Shown in pieces: positions 35,756-47,325 of a stretch of DNA of 58,385 nt. The DNA comes from Malacoraja senta (Eukaryota): assembly GCA_038087875.1 (NCBI GenBank), contig JAXLNO010003785.1, forward strand, positions 1 through 58,385, read 5' to 3'. The first letter of the stretch is position 1, and every line of letters starts with the position of its first letter. Under the pieces are notes generated by a model. That model searched no databases. It was given only the letters and a program-made list of their open reading frames with translations, and was not told where the DNA came from. A program made the position numbers and the translations under genes.

Positions 35756-36441
35756 TGCCTTGTTATAGCTTTAAGGCTATGTTCTCTGATTCTATATTCT
35801 CTCCACCTTCCTGACAAAATCCCTTAATCATCTTAAGCAACTGTTAGTTCAATTCTCGAGCTGCTACAGCTGAAGGGAATGCAAACCAGCCTGTTCTTTT
35901 CATCCTCTTACTTAATAATATGCACTGCATTCAAGTGAAGAAACACAGCAGGATAACTTGACCCAATAGAGAGCAGGATAAAGGAGGGCTAGAATTCCCA
36001 CGTGAGAAGTCCATTAAAGTATCCAGAAAGGGGAAGATACCTTCTGAATAAGTGAGGATATTCAGGCTACATATTAAAGGTCCCAATTCATCCCAATTAC
36101 TCTACATTGTTTTAGTTCTCTTCTTTCATTTGCAGAAACTTGAGTTGTTCATGAGTTTTCTTTTGAGTCCTGGAGATGTGCTTACTTGAACTGGCCACCA
36201 TCTTTACGGATCTCAAGTAAGTGAATTTTCTTGTTTATTTTTTATTTTTTTATAATGCAATCCACGTCCTCCATGTATGTAATGCACATACACATAGAGG
36301 TGGCCAGATACACACAGCGGCCTTAGAATAGTATAGTCCATGTGAACCAAAGCAGGCTTGAACTGGAACTAACACATGCTGGTGTTAGTAAACTGGTCCT
36401 CCGATTGGATGTGAGAATTTTTTTAATCCTAAAGATGAAAG

Positions 36442-36745
36442 ATGGCATGGTTGAGCTGCTGCCTCAAAATGCCAGAGACCTGGTTTTGAACCTGACTTGG
36501 GTGCTTCCTGTGTGGAGTTTGTATATTTTCCCTGTGACTGTTCCTCTGAGTGCTCTGGTTTCTTCCCACATTCCAAAGACGTGTGGGTTTGAAGATCTGT
36601 GGACCTCTGTAAATTGCCCCTAGTGTGTAGAGACTGGATGTAAAAGTACGATAACATAGAACTAGTGTGAATGGGTGATGGATGGTCAGCATGGACTCAG
36701 TGGGCTGAAGGGCCTGTTTCCATGCCGTATCTCTAAACTAAAAAT
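36442..36745 (+). mobile_element. HE1-like tRNA SINE
   Basis: Head and tail motifs as in the other copies; partial copy also at ~39370-39560. Confidence 0.78.
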
Positions 36746-39700
36746 AGGTTCTCCCGTGATTTTTTCTTCATTTTTCCACTTTTCATCATTCTCCTTTCTC
36801 ACAAGCATTTAGCCTTATTGCCTCTCATCCTGCCTGCTGCCTGACCAGCTGAGTTGCTCCAGCACTTTGTGTCTATCTTTGGTATAAACCAGCATCTGCA
36901 ATTCCTTCCTACACTGTCATCCAGCAGGCTGTCTTTCCTCATCTTTCCTCAACCATCATTGCACATCTGCTCTCACCTACTCCCTACACTCCCTTCCTCT
37001 GATATCTTTGACTTGGACAACAATGGTGTAATACATTTTGGAAGCTGTAGTATAAGTCCACCCCCAAATGCAAAGTGCTTTGTAGATATTAGTCATTTGA
37101 AATAGAATAAAGGGCAATGGGAAGCATGTTGGCTGTTTGGACAATAGATTTTGAAACAGAATCTGGAATGTAGAAAAAAGCAGTCCACTCTCTGTAAAGT
37201 CATCTATAAACCAAAAAAAGTACAGATATTAATAACGTAATAGCAAGCTTTTTCATCTGTCTGAGCAAATAAACATTTATTTCAAACAGCTCTGAAGAGA
37301 ATAGATTCAATATTTTCAACTGCTGAGCTGCATGGGATGTGCTTAAACACTAGGTGGCGCAATTGTCTCTAGAAAGTTTCTAACTCAAAATGAGATGAAA
37401 CTACAAAAAGCTGCAAGAGGCTCCTCTCTTCCCTCTTCACTCTCAACTCTAAAGTGGGGGCTCAACCTAAAACCTCAGCAGTTCTTTTTCCCTTTAGACT
37501 CGCTGAGTTCCTGCAGCAAACTGTTTGTGGCTTGAGTTTCCAGTATCTGCAGCTTCCTGTGTCAACACTACAAAAGCCTATTGCCACGTTCAATATCACT
37601 TTAGATATTGTCCTATTTTACAACACAATAGTTCACACCAAGGAGTACAAGTGTCATGCATAATGAAACTCTGTAAGATGCATCATAGTACAATTTACCT
37701 TGGAGCTTGGCAACGTTTGTTGTTAGTTTAGAATCAAAGGACATCCTCAGTTTATACATCATCTACAGCTTGGCCTTTAAACAAATTAAAAAATAATATA
37801 TTCCATTCGTAATCCGTCTAATTCTACAGTACTCGGGAAGTTTTGGGACCATTTTTATTGCATTGGTAAAGGCTGAATCAAGCAACAGAAATCAGTAAAA
37901 ATGTTACATCAAAATGATAAAAATTCAACAGCCAGTTCTTCCCATATGGATTAATGACAGAATATAAATAATACCCTTAATCACAAGATTAAAGATGCCA
38001 TTTAACATGTTGCATGCCAATTCATACCATCTTAGCTCAGTTTGAAGCATGTGCTTTTTGTCTCTTATTCTCTGTGCGGTAAAATTAAGGAAATAATTTC
38101 TTGAGGAACATTTTGCAGACCATGTGAATTAAATATTTGCTAATGTCAGTGAGGATATAGCTTCATCTTTCTTCAGATAAGCAGTATGTATTGCCTTAAA
38201 TTAGTCAAATCTGTACGACAGAATAAAGTTTAATAAATGAATCAGAGAAAAAAAATTCCCCCTTCAACAAGGCATAAAATTGATTTTTTTGCTGTTCATT
38301 CAACTGGAGATTAGAATAGTTTATCTATTCACTGTAGGATTAGGTTTGCAGTGTGAATCATGGAATAAGTGCAACTGATATTGTTTTTTCTGTGCGAACC
38401 AGAGTTCTGCCCACGAGCTGTAATGAGCCACAAGCCCCGTTGTTGTACATGTCATTCTCACCACCGCCTCCATTAACAGTGACATTTGTTTATGCCATGG
38501 CACAGGGGGAGGTGACGGTGAAGTGGGTATTTTGTGGAAATTAGCTGATGTAGCAGTGAGGTGCATTGCACCACTTCAAAGCAATTTGTGGTGACAGATT
38601 TTCCTTTAATTTAAATAAATTTGCACTTACAAATCCTTAAGCCTTGCCTACAGCCCCAATATTTACAGGAAGGCAGGGTAAGACAGGATGAGTAGTTTGG
38701 GTGTGGGGGATGGGGTATGCTCAAGTACTAGTGAATTCAGCACCATGAGCTGATTATTATTTCTGACGTGTGCTTTCTAAGCTGCCGACAGACGGGTTGA
38801 AAAACCAGCTGACTGTTGAATGGTTGATGCTGAGGCATGAGGCCACAGTAGGGGAACGCAGAGAGGGAAAGATTGTGGTGGGGAAGACACTAAGAGGTCA
38901 GGGTAGGTGGGGACCCAGAGAGGCACAAATACTGAAGTGAGCATTGCGGCAACTCAGAGAGATCTGGAGACAAGGGGAAAGGATTATGAAAACTGTGGAG
39001 AACAGTGAATTGTGAGGGGTGGATGGAGATCGCTGAAGAGGTTTTGTCGAGGAGTGGTGGGGTACACTCTTGCTTCTCCTGGCTTAAGAGTGGTGTTCTG
39101 GGGAATAATTAGTGCATTCTATGTTGCAGACCTTGCTTTCCTTTCATAGCTCAGTTTCCCTGGGCCCAGTAAACTTTATTGTATAATCTGGAATAGGGAA
39201 GGAAAACCCAAGGTAAAGAGCAGTACAAAAACAATTAAACGAGTGGATCAGCTCCTGGGAGCACGAGACTCAATGCAGGCCTGTTGGAGGCAGGTTCTGA
39301 GATAGTTTATGCTTTTATTGCTCTCTGGACTCAAACCCACCTCCTTTTGGATGTCAAATGCTCCTCTTTGTATTAGAAGCTCATAACTCTGGTTCCCCCC
39401 GACACTCCAAAGACTAGGGTTGTAGGCTAATTGGCTTGATAAAATTGTAAAATGTACCTAGTGTATGTAGGATAGTGTTGGTGTGCAGGGATCGGTGGTT
39501 GGCACGGACTCGGTGGACCAAGGGCCCGTTTCCACATTGTATCTCTAAATTAAACTAAACTGCTGTGATATGGTTTTGGTTCATGCATTCTCCAATTATC
39601 CTACTTCTTTCACTTTTGCATAAATTTAAAAGCAATTTAATACTTATAAATTACATTAACCAATATATTGCTACATCAATGGTGATTTGGCTGAAAATAA

Positions 39701-40503
39701 CATGGATTATTAGCATATGCTGATGGCACTAATGGAAAAGCAGTTAAAGCTGATCACATGAATGTCAGTGAGTTGTTTATTACCATGTATTGAAGGGAAC
39801 TGGGTAGTTTGGTAGTCATAAGTCTGTTTTGCAAGTAGGCAAGCAATATTAATCTAAGATTCAGTTGCTGGATCAAAAGAAAATCATCAAATGCTTGCCT
39901 GTGTAGAACAAGGCCAAATCTTTGTTTCTTTGCATTCTAAATATGAACCAAGATTTTGAGATTTGTGTCATACATGGAATAGTTTTCAAAACTTAACTCC
40001 ACGGTAATCATATATTTATTATTAGAGATAAAATGTTATAAATGATAAATGTTATTTATATTATACATTTATGTTCATTAATAAGCTTGCAATAATGTAA
40101 TAATAATCTGTGCAACAATATAACAGCTATGAATTTCATCTAAATCTGTTTTATCTCTTCAACTGAGTCAAACATTGTTCTGATATAAAACTCATCTGAC
40201 AACACTTCATAGCCATAGTACAAGTTTAATAGTTGAATTTTCACCAGAAAATCAATTTTCTGGTGATTCTGCCTTAGCCACCAATGAGATTGCATTAAAC
40301 ATGAGATAAAAATCACTGAATAGACATTGATCCAAAATAATTCTCACCTGGCACCATCCATTACTTGTGACTATTTTTTTTAATGTTCAGCCAGAATCTA
40401 AACTCATGGATACATTGAGAATTTTTACACATTTCCAGTTGTTTGGTTTGAAAGAATGTGTGCGACCAAATGTCACAGAATCGGAAAATGCAATGTTTAC
40501 AAT

Positions 40504-40886
40504 GCTCCCCCTCCCATTCCGAATCCACCTTTCTGTCCTGGGCCTCCTCCATGGCCAGAGTGAGTCCCACTGCAAATTGGAGGAGCAGCACCTCATATTT
40601 CGCTTGGGCAGTTTACACCCCAGTGGTATGAACATTGATTTCTCCAATTTCAGGTAGTCCTTGCATTCTCCCTCCTTCCCCTCCCCAGCTCTCCCACAAC
40701 CTACTGTCTCCGCCTCTTCCTTTCTTCTTCCCGCCCCCCCCCCCACCTCCACATCAGTCTGAAGAAGGGTCTCGACCCGAAACGTCACCTATTCCTTCGC
40801 TCCATAGATGCTGCCTCACCCGCTGAGTTTCTCCAGCATTTTTGTCTACCTTCGATTTTTCCAGCATCTGCAGTTCTTTCTTAAAC
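40504..40886 (+). mobile_element. Penelope-like element 3' end with 11-bp TSD
   Basis: ORF CKLEEQHLIFRLGSLHPSGMNIDFSNFR (GIY-YIG C-terminus); TSD atgtttacaat at 40493-40503 and 40887-40897. Confidence 0.88.
40756..40789 (+). ncRNA. Minimal type-I hammerhead ribozyme motif (Penelope-associated)
   Basis: CTGAAGA core, helix II GGGT-CTCG-ACCC, GAAA, palindromic ACGT helix III and GTC cleavage triplet. Penelope-like elements are known to carry such minimal hammerheads. Helix I pairing is weak in this copy. Confidence 0.65.
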
Positions 40887-41859
40887 ATGTTTACAATATT
40901 TAATCAGTTTATGAAATATTATCTCAATTATTTGTAGATTGTATTGTAAGAGACATCATTAACTTATAATTGCAGGATATCAACTTTGCATTGAGTTTTC
41001 TGAAATGGAGCCTGCAGTAGATCATAGACAATGTCTTCCTTTTCGGATTCAGATTATTGATCCTTTACATTTGTCTGGATGAAAATTTACTCTATGTGGT
41101 CACAAATTCTACTGTTGCTAGATTCCCACACTTTCCTTCTGAATTCATTAGTCCATGCACAGTATCACTTGGCAAGTCTGCATATGTTTGCATAGCAATG
41201 AACATTTGTTATTAAATGACTCATTATATTACTGTGGTTGTATTAGGATTGCTCATGTTAATCTTTTATCTAGAATAAATATTGGCTGCATAACTGTATA
41301 TTAATGAACATTTTAAATTACATTATATAAACTTAGCATATGTATTATAATCAAGCACAAATTTCCTGTTTCATCATAAGACAAAGATAATCCAGAGATA
41401 TGGGGATGGGGCTGGAAATCTATTTATCTGCATTCCATATACCCATCACTTGAGCATTTAGACTCCTCTGGAGATGGAGAATTAAAAAGAAAACATAAGA
41501 CTCATTGAATGAAGAAATTTCTCCTAAATAGTTTCCTTGTCCATTCTCTCCTCCTCTCCAAACCACCCCCATTCCTACTTTACAAGCTAAACATAGCTCT
41601 TCAGCAACCCCTCTTGAAAGTTATGTTGCCAAAGTCTCTCAGAAACTTGAATATTTTACTGGAATCACTTCCCTTTTAGACTCATCCTGTTTAATCTCCC
41701 CATCAAAGATGATTTGTAAACCAGGTGATAATCCAGGGAATTTTGCTCTACTACATCCAAAGCAAGTATGCTTCCATGGCCTTCCATGGATATGGAGGCC
41801 AAAACTCCACATATGGATCATCGAATCTAACTAATACAACAGCCAACAATGGGCCATTA

Positions 41860-42078
41860 TGGGCTCCATTCTTCCTTGGTCATCTGTTGCCGGCTCTGCT
41901 TTATTCTGACCTTTTCCTACCTCCAGTTCCCACCCCTCTACTTTCAATCTGAAGAAGGGTCCCAACCCAAAACGTCATCCATGCTTGTTCTCCAGAAATG
42001 CTGCCCTGGCCTGCTGAGTTACTCCAGCACTGTGTTTATTTTTGGTATAAACAAGCATCTGCAGTTCTTTTCTACACA
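41860..42078 (+). mobile_element. Penelope-derived short element
   Basis: tctgaagaagggtcccaacccaaaacgtca...gctgagttactccagc...gcatctgcagttc. Confidence 0.7.
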
Positions 42079-43716
42079 AGAAATCTAATATTTTACTCCT
42101 CACAATATTCTACCTGCGTACTATATGTGTTAACCTTTTCATTTTTCATGACATGGCACACTGCTTATCACAACATCTACCAGCTTTTCACCATTTACAA
42201 AGATTCTGCTCTATCAAAATGAATCATTTCTCCCACATATTGTTCTTTCTCACCTGTCCTCTTTTTGTAGATTGTTGGACTTTAGCATCTAGCTTTGTAT
42301 TGACAACAAATTTGAAAACATTGATCTCTATCCATTTTGACTGTTATTGATATAGATTATAAATAATCTAAGGGCCAATACTGATCGCTACAGGTATAAA
42401 ATGTAAAACTCTGTGTAGTTCTTCTGTTTCTGCCACTTAAAGTCCTCTGTTCATTGCTTAAACTCCTTGTAATAATCTTTTCGTATGCTACCTTGTCAAA
42501 TTCCTTAAAAAAATTCCTGAGCTACTGGTGGCCTGTTATCTACCATGCTATCTCCATCCCAAAATAACTCTTGGGTTTATGCACAGTATTTACCCTGTCT
42601 CAGTTACTAAGTGCCTCAACACAAGCACTTTCCTGTCAATGATTCCAATCTAACAATCCTCTGGTTTCTTATGCTATTTTTTCTTGAAAATCTTATGCCA
42701 TTTGCTACATTTCAGTCCACAGGAATTATTCCAGAATTAATGAGTGTGGGATGATCACTACAACACATACAGTATAGTGTCATACAGCAAAGAAACAGGC
42801 CCTTTCTCTCACCACATCCATACCAACCATTGAAATTAATCTCATTACCAATATTTGGATGTCTTGGCCATTCATAATCTGTGAATCACCTTCTGTCACA
42901 CTCTTCTGAGCAAGGACATTTGTCAATGTTTTGTCCTCTTGTGGACCCAAATGTTTTGACTTCAGCTATGAAATCTGTTAGATTAATGTTAAGGAAATAT
43001 GTATTTTTTGATCCTAGACCACTGTGTAATCTCTTTCAGCTTTGGTGAAATTGCTTTGTAGAATTATAGGGTGAGGAAATTTGAACTGTAGAAACTGCAT
43101 TGTGTTTGTATTTGTGATCCCAGTAAGCCCATGTAGGCCAATTCTCTGTTCAATTGTGTCTCCTCCAAGAGGGTTTTCACTTTATCCTACTGCAATAAAT
43201 GTACAAACACCAAGGACAAGGAGATTATTCCCGAATTTACTAAAACTCAGTTTTAGAACTGAAAGCCTATGTTCATACATTCATTGAAAAACATTTGGTT
43301 TATTGTTTACCTTAGAACATAAATATCACCACATGAAACCTAAAGTTCATTACAAAAAAAAGGGGTTCCAAATATGTTATATCTAGTATTTCAAACACTC
43401 TGCAGCCTTTCCGGAGTGCTTGGTGTCACTTCGCTTCTTTTATCACTGATTAAACTTGCCCCCACTTCATTCCATAATCAGCAGCATCCTTAAACCCATT
43501 GTGGACCTATGAGCCCATTAAAGAGTTTAAATGCAAAATATTTTAATGTATTGCATTCGGGAGAAAATATTCTTCATTCTTGACTTTATTTCTGGGTGGT
43601 TGGTATTTAAATAACAGAATCACACCCGCACTTTGCAGCATGGTCTGATTTTTCACAATTGTTGTTTGATTGTTCGTTTGTTTTTATGTTTGTGAGTGTG
43701 TGTGTATTTGTTTATA

Positions 43717-45887
43717 TAGACAATAGACAATAGGTGCAGGAGTAGGCCATTCGGCCCTTCGAGCCAGCACCGCCATTCAATGTGATCATGGCTGATCATC
43801 CCCAATCAGTACCCAGTTCCTGCCTTCTCCCCATATCCCCTGACTCCGCTATCTTTAAGAGCCCTATCTAGCTATCTCTTGAAAGTATCCAGAAAACCAG
43901 CCTCCACCGCCCTCTGAGGCAGAGAATTCCACAGACTCACAACTCTCTGTGAGAAAAGGTGTTTCCTCGTCTCCGTTCTAAATGGCTTACCCCTTATTCT
44001 TAAACTGTGGCCCCTGGTTCTGGACTCCCCCAACATCGGGAACATGTTTCCTGCCTCTAGTGTGTCCAAACCCTTAACAATCTTATATGTTTCAATAAGA
44101 TTCCCTGTCATCCTTCTAAACTCCAGAGTGTACAAGACCAGCCGCTCCATTCTCTCAGCATATGACAGTCCCGCCATCCCGGGAATTAACCTTGTAAACC
44201 TACGCTACACTCCCTCAATAGCAAGAATGTCCTTCCTCAAATTAGGGGACCAAAACTGCACACAATACTCCAGGTGTGGTCTCACTAGGGCCCTACTGCA
44301 GAAGGACCTCTTTGCTCCTATACTCAACTCCTCTTGTTATGAAGGCCAACATGCCATTTGCTTTCTTCACTGCCTGCTGTACCTGCATGCTTACTTTCAT
44401 AGACTGATGAACAAGGACCCCCAGATCCCGTTGTACTTCCCCTTTACCCAACTTGACGCCATTTAGATAGTAATCTGCCTTCCTGTTTTTGATACCAAAG
44501 TGGATAACCTCACATTTATCCACATTAAACTTCATCTGCCATGCATCGGTCCACTCCCCCAAACTGTCCAAGTCACCCTGCATTCTCATAGCATCCTCCT
44601 CATAGTTCATACTGCCACCCAGCTTTGTGTCATCTGCAAATTTGCTAATGTTACTTTGATTCCCTTCATCCATATCATTGATGTATATTGTAAATAGCTG
44701 CGGTCCCAGCACCGAGCCTTGCGGTACCCCACTAGTCTCTGCCTGCCATTCTGAAAGGGACCCGTTAATCCCTACTCTTTGTTTTCTGTCTGCCAACCAA
44801 TTTTCTATCCATGTCAGCACTTTACTGGTGGCCGATTAGGAAAAGGGGAGCTGCAACGAGACCTGGGTGTCATGGTACACCAGTCATTAAAAGTAGGCAT
44901 GCAGGTGCAGCAGGCAGTGAAGAAGGCGAATGGTATGTTAGCATTCATAGCAAAAGGATTTGAGTATAGGAGCAGGGAGGTTCTACTGCAGTTGTACAGG
45001 GTCTTGGTGAGACCACACCTGGAGTATTGCGTACAGTTTTGGTCTCCTAATCTGAGGACAGACATTCTTGTTATAGAGGGAGTACAGAGAAGGTTCACCA
45101 GACTGATTCCTGGGATGTCAGGACTTTCATATGAAGAAAGACTGGATAGACTCGGTTTGTACTCGCTAGAATTTAGAAGATTGAGGGGGGATCTTATAGA
45201 AACGTACAAAATTCTTAAGGGGTTGGACAGGCTAGATGCAGGAAGATTGTTCCCGATGTTGGGGAAGTCCAGAACAAGGGGTCACAGTTTAAGGATAAGG
45301 GGGAAATCATTTAGGACGGAGATGAGGAAAACATTTTTCACACAGGGAGTGGTGACTCTCTGGAATTCTCTGCCACAGAAGGTAGTTGAGGCCAGTTCAT
45401 TGGCTATATTTAAGAGTTAGATGTGGCCCTTGTGGCTAAAGGGATCAGGGGGTATGGAGAGAAAGCAGGTACAGGATACTGAGTTGGATGATCAGCCATG
45501 ATCATATTGAATGGCGGTGCAGGCTCGAAGGGCCGAATGGCCTACTCCTGCACCTAATTTTTATGTTTCTATGTTTCTAACTCTACCGCTGTGCCACTGT
45601 GCCGCCCCATTTGAACCCCATTTCAACAGGGATTATATATCTATGGGTCAGGACACTGTGGGTGGTGATCAAGACATGTATGTGGGTCGGTTAAGGTGGA
45701 AAATGCTACTGGGTCAAAAAGATTCAGCTCATTTCCCTGTAACGTCGGAGGTTGATGGGGGACTTGATAGAAGTATATAACATTATGAGAGTACAAAGTA
45801 CAAAGAGGTTTCTGTTTCTATGTTTCTACCCCCAATACCATGTGCCCTAATTTTGCCCACTAATCTCCTATGTGGGACCATATCAAA
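43717..45887 (-). mobile_element. CR1 LINE (TATTGTC-tail subfamily), split at ~44821 by a second CR1
   Basis: ORFs 44293-44820 ([24 protein letters not shown]) and 43872-44177; sequence ...catgtcagcac resumes as tctacccccaataccatgtgcc at ~45825. Confidence 0.9.
44827..45828 (+). mobile_element. CR1 LINE (TTTCTATG-tail subfamily) with ~230 bp of extra 3' sequence and a second tail
   Basis: ORF GRLGKGELQRDLGV...; first tail ends ~45579; non-CR1-tail sequence 45580-45807; second tail gtttctgtttctatgtttcta 45808-45828. Confidence 0.85.
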
Positions 45888-45967
45888 TCTATATATACAT
45901 ATATATGCACACTGAACTTTTTTTTTCTCGTTTATTAATATTGTTTATAGGATGCTATGATCACATT

Positions 45968-46131
45968 GAAGATAGACACAAAAAGTTGGAGTAACACAGT
46001 TTGAAGACGGGTATCGACCCGAAACGTCACCAATTCCTTTTCTCCAGAGATGCTGCCTGACCCGCTGAGTTACTCCAGCTTTTTTGTGTCTATCTTCGGT
46101 TTAAACCGGCATCTGCAGTTCCTTCCTACAC
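45968..46131. mobile_element. Fold-back Penelope-derived short element
   Basis: gaagatagacacaaaaagttggagtaac is inverted to gttactccagctttttgtgtctatcttc; central ttgaagacgggtatcgacccgaaacgtc hammerhead-like core. Confidence 0.8.
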
Positions 46132-46229
46132 TGTGTTTCCATGTTCTGTTGTGCTGCTGCAAGTGCGAATTTGATTGTTCTATCTGGGACATATGACAGT
46201 GAAACACTCTTGACTCTTGTTGCAAGGAG

Positions 46230-46463
46230 TTCCTGCGGGCTTGCTTGCTGGTGTCTGGCGTGGCGGCAGCCGCAAGCGATCAGTGTCAAAGCAAAGCTGC
46301 TCCTCCGCCCCCACCTCGCCGAGTAGCGGAGCTTGAGAGCCGGCTCAAGGGGAGGAGGGGAGGGGAGGGAGGGGGGGGGGCGGATGTGCTGTCCCTCCTC
46401 CTCCGCTCATGGGCCGGCTACGAGCGGCGGGCGGGCGGGCCGGGCCAACCAGCCCCCAGCCCA

Positions 46464-46517
<54 letters not shown>

Positions 46518-46657
46518 TGGTCGGCGGGGACTGTCACTCAGCGCCGTCTGCCCGGGCTGGCGTTCTCCAGCCTCTCAGCTGCTGAGCTGCGCTGCGCTTT
46601 GTGAGAGGCGGTGTTCATGTTAATGAAGGCGAGCCGGAGCCGTAGAAAGGCTGGGAA

Positions 46658-46692
<35 letters not shown>

Positions 46693-46800
46693 GAAGAGAA
46701 AAAAAGGAAGAAAAAGTTATTTGCCCTGACGTCAAATGTAAACAAGATGGCGAACCGGGGAGAGTGGAGAAGAGGAGGGGAGAGAGGGGAGAGAGTGGGA
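46230..46800 (+). promoter_or_regulatory. CpG-rich promoter/5'UTR region of CHSY3
   Basis: Sharp rise in GC/CpG; GC boxes (gggcggg); (GCA)16; (GA)n; TGACGTCA, TGTAAACA and AAGATGGCG motifs at 46727-46752. Confidence 0.7.
46465..46512 (+). repeat. (GCA)16 trinucleotide repeat
   Basis: Pure CAG/GCA run. Confidence 0.97.
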
Positions 46801-47325
46801 GTGCCACATACACTTGAAATGTGCTCTTGCACTCCAGGAGTTAGAGGCTTGCTGAGAAGCCAGCCCTGACAACGTTTGCAATTCTTACCGTCAACTCCCC
46901 CCCACCCCTCCTCCTCCTCCTCCTCCCCCCCCTGTGTTGTTTGTTTAACTATACTCTTTTTACAAAAAAAAGGGGAAAAATGCACAAAAAGAAAAGTCAA
47001 ACAAAATGCGTGAATCTCTCCAAGAAACGGAAAAGGAACCGCCTGCAATGAAACGCAAGAACTTCCTTCAGGTTGTGACAACTTGGAAGAAAAGGAGCCA
47101 GACTTGACTTGAGTTGGTGTCCCCGAGCAAAGGAACGGACCTTTCTCTTTACAAGGAACAACATGAATTTTGCTCTCTTTATTTAAATATTTTTGCTTTG
47201 AATGGACATTTAAACAAAGACTCCTCACTTTGCTATGGTGGAGTAGATTGCTGGCCATCCTGTGTGTGAGAGAGGGAGAGAGTGAGGGTGAGGACAGGTG
47301 GGGAAGACCCCGGTCCTGCAGGGAT

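Noticed and set aside
38321-38566. 81-aa - strand ORF or conserved element
   Set aside because: No recognisable homology or splice context; conservation cannot be assessed from this sequence alone.
44779-45420. Head-to-head CR1 pair as a twin-priming inversion
   Set aside because: The two arms overlap in ORF2, belong to different tail subfamilies, and the minus-strand element resumes at ~45825, so this is nested insertion.
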